Assembly (NCBI RefSeq): GCF_032062105.1
Contig: NW_026925488.1
Span: 1 to 64,000, forward strand
Length of the DNA stretch: 64,000 bases
Source: Saccostrea cucullata
Taxonomy: Eukaryota
Direction of reading: 5' to 3'
In this document: positions 37,241 to 49,990 of the stretch, one piece after another
Numbering within the stretch: position 1 is the stretch's first letter
How the letters are laid out: each line of letters begins with the position of its first letter
Made by a program: the position numbers and the translations under genes
The notes under the pieces: generated by a model
What the model saw: the letters and a program-made list of their open reading frames with translations, nothing else
What the model was told of the DNA's origin: nothing
Databases searched by the model: none

Positions 37241-38581
37241 ATGTCTAAGATTGTAATGGCCATTGGAATCTTTCTGATTTGCTTGGTTTCTGCGTGCACA
37301 ACAGGTAAAATTTATGTGTATATTGCTAAATTACTTCTCACCTGTGACAGCCAAAGCAAGATATTTTTTGAGATAAAAATAGTATTAATTATGAAATAAT
37401 CGATTTTATTCATTGAATTTTGCTAGCTTCCCCCTGCACAAACGGATGGGTACTTTATGAAGAAAAATGTTATTTCTATAGTAATTTCAAGGAAACGTGG
37501 CATACAGCTTCTGTAAGTATTTTTATACGCTTTCAATCCCCCACCAATAAGTATTTTATAATATTTTCATTGAGAACATAAGTGCTTACAAATTAGATAT
37601 TTTTCTTTTTCGAAGGCTTATTGTCAGGCATTTAATAGCAAACTCGCTGAACCGAAAACGCAGGAAGAAGTTGTTTTCTTGTCTCAGCAAGCAGCACAAA
37701 CAGGTGAGCCTTGTTTACCATTGGTATCTGTATCCCCAACCCCCAAACATTATTAATCTGGAAAAAGGGATAAATTTATATGCAAACGTCAAACATTTAA
37801 GTTCTTTTTAAATGTAAAAATTAAAACAATTTTTGTTTATTTAAAATGTTTTTGATAAATAAAACCGATGTATGCAATAACATTTTAAAATGTTTCCTTT
37901 AAATATGTCTAAGTGTGCTCTATACAAGCTCGTCATTTGACCTCAAATTAAATTTTAAGTCTTACATGGTCAATATAATTTCACAGTCACATCATAAGTA
38001 TTCATTATTTATCGTTGAGGTTTGAAGAAACAAATAATGTTATGGGCTTAAAATAAGGATATTTTAATGTAAGTTGAAGACCTTTCAGAATGTAACAATG
38101 GCTTATTTTTTTTCTTAACATGTCAGGTTTTATTGCTATTTGTTGTTATATATGTATTAAAAACGGAAACTTACAAAGTCATTTCATTTGTCAAACAAAA
38201 AATCAAATTAACAAGAAAAAAAAATCTTATTTCCCCCCAGTACTCTTTACACATAGCTGAAAGGGAACCGGCCTGGTACATGATACATCAATATTGAAAT
38301 TCCATACACTTTTTTTCACAACTTTTGATTTTGATACAGTAAATGACAGTCAATACTTCATTGGCGTCACGGATGCGTTTTTGGAAGGAGAATGGGTGTA
38401 CGCTTCCTCACGAATCCCTATCAAAGTAACCATTCCTTGGACACACTCTGGACCTCAGCACAGCCAGGAGCAGGACTTTGTAGCAACAGATACGTTACCA
38501 CCCGTCAATGGTCAATACACAAAGAAAACCTCCACAGACACATCCAACTTTATATGTGAATACAGTCTAGAGTACGTATAA
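37241..38581 (+). CDS. Secreted C-type lectin-like protein, copy 2 (atypical; inner disulfide lost)
   Basis: Exons 37241-37304, 37427-37512, 37616-37703 and 38340-38581 with the same phases as copy 1. The last exon reads ...WTHSGPQHSQEQDFVATDTLPPVNGQYTKKTSTDTSNFICE. Confidence 0.88.
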
Positions 38582-40489
38582 TACCGGTATATGATTTTTG
38601 AAAGCTTAAAAGTATGTTTTAAATTTATTGATTCCCTGTCTGTTTCAGTTTATAGCATAATTATGATCAGAGACGGAATATATCTACCTCGCGCAAATAA
38701 AGATGTTTCTAAAGGTTTTGATTAAGTTTTTTCGTAGAAAGTAGCTAATCAAAGAACTATATAGGGTTTCTATTATAGTTTGGCCCCCGTTTTTGTTACA
38801 ATTTAAACGCCACTAAACCTCAATGAAATTGATATTTTTGGAAAGATAAGAATTTTTACTTTTCTTTTATGGTTAAATTGATATGTTGATTTAAGTAATA
38901 TGCAGAGAATTAAAGGTTTAAAGTAACTAAGTTTACAAGAAAACGCCTAAAAGTGGCATTTTTAGCATCATTATTGCATTTTAGGTATAAAATGCGACGC
39001 CTTGAACAAGAAAAATATTTAAACACGTAAAAGATATTTTCAATTCAAAGTCTTCATACAAAAAAATAATCTTTTCAAAAAGTGTGTGTGTGTTAAAAAA
39101 TTAAAAAACCTTGAGAAAAATAGCACTTTCTGACTCGCGTGACGTCACAAGCATGTACGGAGAATGACGACGACGTTGTTGAATTTTTTTTATTTGAAGG
39201 TAGCACACATCATCGATTGCTTCATGTATATTTTCCAACATAAAGTTCTAGACATATCTGTTTTTGAAACATATTTGTGATTAAAGAATATATTTTATCG
39301 GGATCGACATTGATCTGTTAATCTGTTGATGTGTGAATGTACGGGTGTGGATCACAAGGAACACGATGTTCGAATCGCTTGAACTTCGTCTACTGTACAT
39401 TAAATCAGTTCAAAGAAGAAATATATACACAGTATAAAATTATTTGATCATGTTAAAATACGTTCATTGTGTGTGCATATTTCCATATCTACTTTCTACG
39501 TTGTCATTTCTTCCCATATCGTTCATTGTTTACCTGTTTACAAGGCAAGAAATGCACGGTCAACCAGACGTGTGAAAAATTCAACGTTATTCTAAGAAGT
39601 TCGGGGCATTAGTAATTTCAATAAAACCAACTAAAATATTTTTTCTATAAATGTTGAGTACAAATAGACAACAAAAATAATATTAATATTTCACATTCAT
39701 AAAAGTTATCTCCCGTCGTCGGCGTAACGCAGATCCTTTTTCACACTTTGTCCTTTGTAAGTTTCCTGTCAATATTTTTAAATTTCAAACGTTTTAGGAC
39801 AATTTCGATCTGTACCTGTATTGCCAGAGTATGGGGCAATATGAAAAACATAATGAGCATATTCATATAGATTTTATTTCTAGGATACTGACTAGTCGGT
39901 AAGGTTATAGAGGGAAAGCAGCGTCTTACGCCGGTTGACCCCGGATTGACCCCGCAAAGGAGAAATAACTTATGTTCATTGTTTACCTGTTTACAAGGCA
40001 ACAATTACTCGGTATATTTTACTGATTGCACCCTTCCCCCTCTACGATATCAAAACAAGATTCCAATATTTCACCAGGTCTATTGGTGCACCTGTGTGGC
40101 GCAGTGGTTAGATTATTTGACCATGAGTCGCAGAGTATAGCGATCCTTAAGTAGAGGGTTCATATGTCACTTCGGAATCGAGACATAACATTTCGAATAT
40201 AAAAAGTTCTCGAAAGGGTAGATAAAAAACATCAAACAAATAAATCTGTTCAATGAATTTGTGTAATTCCTGAATGACAACAGTTACATTAATTCGTAGT
40301 GTTTTCTTCAACATTTTTATGTTTACCGGTAATTTTAAAAACCTTATATCATTATGCCTTTTGAATTTTTTAACAACGTATTGTAGGCAATATTTACACT
40401 ATCTACCCATTCTGATACTAGAATTTTTGTACATGTTAAAAGAAAAGGACATCAATTTCAAGTGAGAGAAAATTAAAAATGACAAAAAA

Positions 40490-40802
40490 AAGATTGTTGT
40501 TTAATGTCCCTGTTAGAATTTTTCTTTATATTGAGATACCACCACTTGCAGATGAAGGGAAGATCTAACCTAAATGTATACTCGGCACTTACTGTAATTG
40601 ACCAGCGAGAGATCTTTTTTGTGCCATCTCCTACTACACACGGGACCTCAGTTTATACGAACTGAATACGAAGGACCGAATATATCACGTTCCACAGTGG
40701 GATTACAAGAACCAAGCGACTAAAGATTAGTTTTCAATTTTAGTTTACTTCGCGACTCTAAAAATAAAAGTAAACATTATAAACTACTGCGCCACGCGGG
40801 CG
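40490..40802 (-). mobile_element. Degraded tRNA-SINE-related copy
   Basis: TTGTTTAATGTCCCT..GATGAAGGG..ATACTCGGCAC..ACACGGGACCTC..CGAAGGACC. Its minus-strand 5' end GCCCGCGTGGC also appears at 54611. Confidence 0.6.
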
Positions 40803-41787
40803 ACACTTTGGCTATAGAATCATAAATAAAAAATTCATTAATATAAAAAAATACACGTCTATATGTTGTTTCACTACTTATTTCTGCACTTCAAATATGA
40901 TTATGCTATGTAAAGTTTTAATGTTCATATTGCAAAAATATGCTGAATGATACAGATGTATCCAATTAAAAACATTTTTCATATTTTCATCTGCCAGTAA
41001 TTTGAATTTTATAAATGATTATGGTATAACAATTTTTGACAAGATTTTGAATTAGAGATTTAATCAAATCATAAATCATATGTATACATGTACTAGAATA
41101 TAAACTTTTATTGTAATTTTTCTAAGTTAATAGACATACTTTTCGGACAATCTGCAGTTACAGCGGCATTTGCTTTTGCCAGTGAGCATTCCTCGTTGGC
41201 ACCAACCTGGATCCCTATTAAAAGATTAAAGAAAATATACACACAAGCATCAAAATATTTTGTATTTTTTATAATAAGAAATATTAATTATCTTTTTTGT
41301 TTGGATGATGAAATATAAACAACAATTCAATCGAGTTTTATTGACCATGAATCTCTGCTTAACCCATTTTTACCGTAACAGTTTATGTGAAGACATGGAA
41401 AATAAATAAAAAACGTCAAAAAGATTTCTCCACCACATGTATATTCAGCTCCATGCATGTTCCGTCCTCCCTTTTTCCACTATCTAAAGAGAAATCAAAT
41501 ATACAGACTTTACACAACAAGTGTTTTCTTCTATGCGTTTTTGTATTTCAGTGTGGAGCCTGTATTAGTGATCGGATGAAAAGAAGGAAGATTTCAAAAC
41601 AAAACTTATGCTAAATATGTAAAAATAAAAATATTAAAATCTAACAAATCCTTGTTTATGTCTTCGAAGGCCAGAAATAAAATTAAACACCGATAAGGTT
41701 ATTTCTGTGGACATGAGGGTCACAGGAAGCTTTATTGATATGGGGGCCTACGTAGAGATAAGAGAAATGTAATAGAGCTGCTATCGT

Positions 41788-43201
41788 ATGAACATGCTGA
41801 ATATAAGGATTGTTTTTGTTTTCGTTCTTTCGTATTTTGCATATTCAAAAGGTAAATACAACCGTATACCTTTTTGAGGAATAGGATGTCTAAATTTTAA
41901 ATTAGAGTTTGTTGTAAAGATATCTGTGTGACTTTTATACAGGAAATAGCTTATTTTATTTCTTATGGTAAAATATGAGATATATGATATTAATAATATG
42001 TTCGGGCATTCTTTTCATTACGTCATTAAGAATAATTATTCAATGCATGAAGTATTAAAATATGTATTTATATATTTGTATGTGAGATAGAATTTGAAGT
42101 GATCCGATAAATTTAAAAGAACAAATGAACATGTTTCTATATTGGAAATTATACCAATACTTCAGCCGCCTGTTCGAACGGATGGATCAACTTCCAAGAA
42201 AAGTGCTACTTCTTTGGTAAGACAAAAGAAACATGGTATGGTGCTTCGGTAAGCATTGAACATTAAATATCGTTTTTATACAGTTCATTATTTTTTTGCT
42301 TTAAATTGTATTTTTAATTTGGTTATCATTTTGAAAGAAAGAACAAACATGTTTTTTACAATTCAAACGATTCATTTTCGTTTATGAAGCTTTGAAATTT
42401 AATAAATTCTATAACACGATTTAAAAATGGTTTTCTTGGATTTATTTAGGCCTTATGTCAATCCTTTGGCAGCAAATTGGCTGAGCCGACAACTCAGGAA
42501 GAAGTAACATTCTTGGGCCGTGAAACTATGCAAATTGGTAAATACTGAATCTTTTAGTTTTAAATCAATCAGTTATATGGTTGGGTGTCCTCTTTTCAGA
42601 TAAAAATGGTAAGTGTAGATTATGCCCTTCTTTAAAATTTGATAAAGTCATATTGTTTCGTAAACACTTATTGTAGGGATAACTGATCTTGTCGTCTATT
42701 ATAAGAATCTAAGATATATTGTTTTTTTTCCTTTGAAGATCAATGGTTTATAAAATTTAACAAACATTTTCTGTACGATATTTTGTGTTTTGCATTTCTG
42801 AAATGCACCTCTTTTGAAAAGTCATTTACAATAAACTTCATTGTCTCCTTCGGCATTTCCACATAATCATTATCTTATGTCAAATCAATCACATGTAAAC
42901 AAAAGATATTACGTATGATTACAACATGCTTAAATTAACTTTTAAATAAGGAAATAATGGAGATTACTACCTTGGGATACATGACATTTTTGTGGAGGGG
43001 GAATGGGTGTATGCCTTCTCCAGGAAAAACGTGACCATAACGATTCCGTGGGCCCCGGGCGGACCTGATAATTACCACGAGGAGGACTGTGCTCTGATAG
43101 GATCCGCTCCCGTGTGGCACGGGCTGTGGGGAGATGCCCCCTGCTCAAGTTTACAGTACTACATCTGTGAATACGATTTAGAGTACGCATATATCTTTTA
43201 A
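41788..43201 (+). CDS. Secreted C-type lectin (perlucin-like), copy 3
   Basis: Exons 41788-41851, 42166-42248, 42450-42537 and 42951-43201. WAPGGPDNYHEEDC..WGDAPC..YYICE. Confidence 0.93.
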
Positions 43202-44532
43202 TCTGTGTACCATATAATTACAAGAACCAAGAACAAACTAGTCATCAGTAATTAGTTTTCAATTTTAGTTTATTTGTAAGAAAGTCCAAATACTAAAATC
43301 TATAAAAGTAAACATTATAAACATTGCAGTATATTCTTTGTTTAATGCTGTATCATGTATGCTTTCTGTTGGAAAAGTTATTTTATCGTTGAAAAGTACT
43401 GTTTTAGATAAAGTTTTTAGAAAATACACGTGTGGTTTTTACATACATTTTAATTAACTTTAACAAATAGAGCACAAACTACGCATGGAAAAAAAATCAT
43501 TATATATATTGTAATAGTAGTTTTAGTTTGCATAATATGATAAGTTGAAAACCAATTTAATTATTCTTTTCTGTGTCTATTTCCATTTGCCGTTGAGTAT
43601 TTATATTAATTGAATACAACAATAATCATATTTCACTTCTCTTTTTACAGCTTTGATCCACCTATGGTAATAGGATAGCAAGGATGGAAATGTATCATTG
43701 AACAAGGCTTGAAATGCAATAAAATGTTTTAAATATGTTACCTGAATATTGATATAGGTGTGATTTCTGAAATTAAATAAGAGTTTAATAAAGAAAAGGA
43801 ACAGAACCCTGTTTGCTAAAATAAAGTAAACTATTACATGTAAGTACAAGAATCATCCAATTTGGAATCATCATGGAACAATTAGAATCCCCGCCGTGAT
43901 ATATTTGTTTTCTCTTTTTTTGAAAAAAGAAACTCGTTCAACAATTGGTATGAACGTAGTAGCATTATACATTGTTAAGGAATCGCCAAAATGTGCTATG
44001 ACTTTGAATTGGTGAGGAAATCTTCACACACACTCGAAATACTGTTTCATAGTCAGGTTGGTCAGTTTCAAATAACCAGTTTCGAATTATTATTAATTTA
44101 AGAGCTGATAATTAATAAATTCAAAGGTGTAAACTAAAAATAAATTGATACCTATGGTAAGAAGGATTATTTATGAGTGTTTGAATTTTGATTTTTTTTG
44201 CCGTCTGTTCGGTATCGTTATCGTTCTTGAAATAATAGATAATAGTCATACTTTTGCAATGCAACAAATCTGAATCACCGCGAAGCGTAAGTCTGCACAA
44301 AAACCTCTGCGGAGACATCAATTTTTCACATAAAACAATATTCCAGGTATCAAAAGTAAGTTTTATATGTACTCTAACGAACAATAAAAACTTGTCTAAA
44401 AGAAACATTTAGAACACTAAAAGATATCGATATATTTCCGGTTGTCATTTTACTAATCCCGAATACTCATTTTAAACACTATTATAAATTCACTCATTGT
44501 TGTTTTATTTATTGTAAACGTGACTTATTATA

Positions 44533-45006
44533 TATGTCCACGCTTGAAAAACAAGGGGAAGGGGTATATAGTGATGGGATGTTTGCTCATCCATCCGTCT
44601 GTCCGTCCGTATGCCCGTCCGTCTGATACGCTTTGGGTACCCTTTTTTATCGGCAACTCCTTTTCTATCACTGAATGAAATTTAATGAAGCTTTCACAGA
44701 ATCTTTGTTAAATAGTGCCAAAGTGCATATATCTTCTATTTCATTTTTGATTTGGCACATAATTTGGGCTCCCTCAGCATTACATGGATACTGCCATTCT
44801 TTCTAATGTTGAAGGGTATATCCATCTCTTATCCGCAATTCCTCCATACCACTGAATAAGATTTAATGAGACTCTTGCAGATTTTGCTTTTTGCTTAATA
44901 TTTATTTTGGGTCTCCCAGAACAAAACATGGACTTTGACATAATAATCATATAGGAGACTTGGGGTATCATTAAATTAATTTCAGTGCTCACAGTACCTT
45001 TAGTTT
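44533..45006. mobile_element. Helentron-associated (HINE/pearl-like) element remnant
   Basis: GGGGTATATAGTG followed by a (CCGT/CTGT)n microsatellite; ends GGGGTATCATT...GCTCACAGTACCTTTAGTT. Confidence 0.55.
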
Positions 45007-45602
45007 CACTTTATCCTTTGGAAATACAAATGACTGATTGGTAAGCAATTAATTTAACTTTTCTGAGGCATGCCAATTGATAATGTGTGGGGGGTATATT
45101 TTTAATTTAGGGTTGAATTGAATGTAAACCGCTTTGGTATTCGGAACTCGTCGGCTTATTCGTAACTGGTAAAATGAGTACCTAATTTTTTTGGGGGAAA
45201 GGATGAACTTTTATCACCATGCACCTGACACCCTTGTACTTCAACAAGTTCTAGCGATTTCGCTACTGACGGAAAATTATCAATATGGACCTTCACACTT
45301 CGTATGTGATTAAAATATAAATTTGGGACACAATTATATGCCTTTTATTGAGAAAATATCACCACACAGCACAGTTTAGGTTACAAATGGAAATATCGGC
45401 GATTTTTTAAAGATAAAAAACACATACTTTATTAGAATGGGCGATTATTTATAGGACTTCACTGATATCAAAGAAATGTAATGTGGTTTAAATCAACGTG
45501 TTAGGGACATTTAGATTTTTTATTTAGACTTGTCACGTGATGTCGACGTCACATGATTTTAGCAATTATACTTGGAGTTTAGAGGTCATTTATAAATTCC
45601 AA

Positions 45603-45845
45603 TATTGCAAGGGCATAACCAAGTTAAAAATCTTGGTTTAATTTATAATCCTTTCAACACTGTATGTAGTTTGTGAAAAGTGCTGCGAACCTATATACTA
45701 GATTCCTTCTTTAATTGCTAAAATTTAATTTTTTAGACGGCAGATTGAATATTTTGCTGTTATTAATTTATTTGAAAGATTTCATGAGGCTTGAGATAAT
45801 GTGTAAAAACTTGACAAGATACATCGAGGGTATGCCCTTGCAATA
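45603..45845. mobile_element. Small MITE
   Basis: TIR TATTGCAAGGGCATAACC / GGGTATGCCCTTGCAATA. Confidence 0.6.
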
Positions 45846-47271
45846 AATCGATTTATCAGGGCCCTTCCATTACTTTTTCAATGAATCTGCATACAAACAC
45901 ACGACAGTGTCACTTGTCTGGAGAATGTACGGACAGTTTATAAATAAAATACTAAAATAGACATCGCATCCAAGTTAATAGCATTTTATTTCACTGCAAA
46001 TAATATTTTATTTGAGAACAAAAGAAATTTTTCATTGTACAAAATGTGACTTGATCAGATTTAACAAACGACAAAACTGCACGTAATAGTATGTTTTATG
46101 TAGTATACAGCTATCCAGCTGTTTGAAATAGTAAATAATTTCATTTTGTGGTATTTTGAAGACCTCATATTATTTGTGACGTCATAGTAAACATTTCCCG
46201 CCTCCTTACAGTAACCTTAACTGTGCTGCACAAAAATAGTTTTTTTTTTTCTAAATAACTCAAATTTCACCATGGATCGGACATTATTCACCATGCATCG
46301 GACAGACGGTATTTCGACTGATAAAATATCATACCTTTATCACAGTGCTTTAAAATTCTTGATATGGATATACTTTTATATTCTATCTAAGAAATAACCT
46401 TCAACTTAAATTGAATTGGCGATATCGTTGCACAAATGTAGAACGATTCAAGATGCCTTACTTTGCCTTAGAAATGCTTTAAAATGCTTGTAATGCTGTA
46501 ATTTGCGCCTTTTTCTCATGGGTTAAAATAGTCTGGTTTGGAGAAATAAATTGAGTCATATTCTAGACGTCATATATCAATAATTTGTATTTTAACTGAA
46601 AATTTAGAGTTTTTATTTTCTATTTCCGCAAAAAACAGCTGTCAGTTGGGTTCTGTATGAAAATGGTAGTGATTACCTTTGCATTGGAAAGTGTCCGATG
46701 CATGTTTAATTTGTGTACGATGTACGGAGAAATAAATATACTAGTAAAAACCAGCTCTAAAAGAAATTATGCAAACATTGAAGTGAAATTTCTTAAAAAC
46801 TTATGTAGAATTACCAATCTTTGACAAAATTTTCCAAAGTCTGAAGCGTTCCGTTGAAGTCAAATTGAAAAGAACGATAACCCTAAAAATTGCATAATCA
46901 TAAATTTCTGGTTATTCCCCTTTGATGATGTAACATATGACGTAACTTCAAGGCTATTCACGGAGTATTTTTATCACAACATGATAAAAACAATCGGTAT
47001 CATTTAAAAATTTAAATCTTCATTTTCAAGTTAAAAACAAATAAATACACAGAACTCTTAGGTTGAAAGAGAGCGTATTGCCTAAAGTTGTCCGAAGCAA
47101 GGTATATGTCCGATGCATGGTTAACTCACCTATAACGTCTTGTATATTTATAGCACCACCGAATCAGTTTCTTATTCGGAACTGGTCAAATAAATGTAAC
47201 TAAATGAGTAGAAATTGAATAAGAAGAAGGATATGGAGATACATGTAACGAACAGTATAAGTAGGATTTCA

Positions 47272-47338
47272 AAAATAATCAAATACGTAGAAAATAAAAT
47301 ACGTAGAAAATCAAATACGTAGAAAATAAAGTAGAAAT
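47272..47338. repeat. 16-bp tandem repeat (AAATACGTAGAAAAT(A/C)), ~4 copies
   Basis: Seen directly. Confidence 0.85.
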
Positions 47339-48709
47339 GAGACCAATGAAAACAACAGCTGTAAGAATATCCAAACAATAATTCTTAAAACTTATAAATT
47401 GATGCTATCCACGTACATCTGAAATTCTAACAGATATAATTAAACCTGAATCCATTGCTTTAAACCCCATGGAAAAATTAACAACAAAATAGATGTGAAC
47501 AAAACAGCAAAGGTTTGAGAAGAGCAAAGAATTGCATGAGCACAAAGAAAGTTTTATATGCCTTTTTCTTCAATAGAAGTGATATCGCTGTCCAGGTTCT
47601 TATACCGGAAGATCGTTTAATTTCTGGATTAGTATAGAAAGCCAAAAAAAGAAAGGTTTATGAGAATAAGGAACCAGAATCAGGAATCAACTACATTAAT
47701 TTTCCTAGTGAAAGACTCCCAAACCGCACGTCCTGAACAGTAAAGGGGTTTTAGGAATAAAAAGAAAGTAAATAATTTTTTCACATAAACAATATTCACA
47801 GATCTTTCATCTTTGGGCTTGATTCATTTTCCAGTCATGAAAATGCACTTTTCAAAATCAAGAAGTCTAACAGATCATAAGATCTGCCATATTCTAGTAC
47901 ACGAAGGGTCATGGTTAAAAATGTGTTCTAAAACGATGAGGGTTTAGATATAAATGTTAAAGATAAGTTTAAATTAAAGGAGAAAATTTAAGGAGAATCA
48001 TATAGACAAAATCATTGAAGTGCCTTAGTTGTTTCTTAGACATATTAGTTTATTTAACATCTCTTGTATTACCTATCTATTGATACCACTATTACTACAA
48101 ATTATGTACATAATCACAAAAACATAATACATTAAAATGGCATCCCAAAACCAAATAAATTATAGTCAAAAACAATCCCCTTCTTTTACTTGTCAAGGGG
48201 AGGGGGTTGGTTTTAATCAGCCAGTTTCAAGACCTTTTTTTATATAAATTACTGAACTTTCTGCATAATTTTGTACCCCCAAACTCTGATATTATAACCT
48301 TGATCCTAAATAGGGGCCTCAATAAAAACTTGGGCATATTTGTACCCTTCCTTTTTGTTTGTAAAAGACAAGATATGGTAAAGGCCGATTACAATCTGGG
48401 TATGGACAGTTTGCCTCAAAGTTGTTTTATAAAAATGCAGAAACGATTACAACCCAGTTTGACTTAATTTAGGAATAACTGTCTTATTTTTTGGTTTCAT
48501 GATGTGATAATTTGATTGGCTTGCGTGATAATTTGCATAAATGCCGGAAAATACGCAAGTTATCTCCCAACAAAAGTTATCTTTCTTTGCGTTGACGCCA
48601 ATGCATCTGTTATAAATACTGATAAAGGTCTTGTATCAATGACCGATAGCTGACCAGTGAGGAGATATAAGCCAAAATTTTAGAGATAAGACAATTTTTT
48701 CCCAATAGC

Positions 48710-49910
48710 ATGAAAGAACTCTCCGTTGTGCTAATATTTTCATTCTTTATTATTCCATACATCAACGGTATGATTTTTAAATTTTTTTAATTAAGCATAG
48801 TTTAAGAATTGTAAACTCTAAGGTAAAATAATTTTGTTATCTATGGATATTTCAGCGGCATGTACTAACGGATGGGTAAACTATAAGGACAACAAATGCT
48901 ACTTTTTCAGCAAAACGAAGGAGAAGTGGTATGATGCTTCGGTAGGACATTGTTTTTCTTTCTTTTCAATTGAAATTTCGTTTTTGTGCCAACAATTTTA
49001 ACATTTTATTTATTGTAACATATTCATGACAATCGTATTGCCTTAAGGTGCTTTGTCAATCATTTGGAAGCAAACTTGCTGAACCAAAGACTCAAGAGGA
49101 AGTGACATTCCTAGGCCGTCAAACACACCAGATTGGTAAATTAGCAAAGAATAATCTTAATTAAAGTTCTTAAGTAATTCCAGAGCTAGATTTTAATTTT
49201 AGGTAACTTCTTTTTATCAAATTTTACTTCGTTAAATATCACAAATCAATCTGCAAAAACTTCTAGATTCCTTTTGTGAATAAGATAACAATGAAGTAAT
49301 TTTAATTACGGTTAATGGTATAAAATTTTAGTCAATCTCAAACCTCTATTTACAAAAATTGAAAATAAGCAATGGTAAAAATGAACCTTTATTTACTTGG
49401 ATGAATTTGAAGTCCACGTCCCACAATCCTGAACGATCGCGAGAAATTCCTACTTATCTGAATTAACAAGCCTAGTACTCGCATTTGTAATGGTTTATTT
49501 CTGTATTCAGTCGTTAATCATCTCTACTTAAAAATATTTTTTATCATTTTTGATAACAAGGCAACGGTGGAAATTACTTTATTGGAATACATGACATATT
49601 CCTGGAGGGACAGTGGGTGTATGCCGGATCTAGGGAGCCCGTCACAATAACCATGCCGTGGGCCCGGGGAGCCCCTGATAACTTTCACGAGGAAGATTGT
49701 GTAGAGATGGGATCCGCCCCAGAGTGGCACGAGCTGTGGGGCGATGTTCCCTGCTCCTCCACTTTATACTACATTTGTGAATACGAACAAAAGTACGTAA
49801 CATTATCTAATCTGAATGTTGTGTATTACATTCCTGTCAAATACGATCTTTTCTTTATGCCCATTTCAAGTTATCTTTTTTTATTTTGTCTGACCCGGAC
49901 AATGGCTTAA
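48710..49910 (+). CDS. Secreted C-type lectin (perlucin-like), copy 4
   Basis: Exons 48710-48767, 48856-48941, 49048-49135 and 49561-49792, then probably 49871-49910 (read-through reaches the same stop). WARGAPDNFHEEDC..WGDVPC..YYICE. TATAAA at 48611. Confidence 0.93.
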
Positions 49911-49990
49911 GGATTTTGGTGACTGGATAAGAAAAGATTGACTGTATCTGAATCTGTGATAGAAGCAAAAGAAAAGATCGTTCACAGTTT

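Noticed and set aside
39521-40001. 28-bp direct repeat GTTCATTGTTTACCTGTTTACAAGGCAA as att sites or LTRs
   Set aside because: No integrase or LTR hallmarks between the copies; most likely an internal TE repeat.
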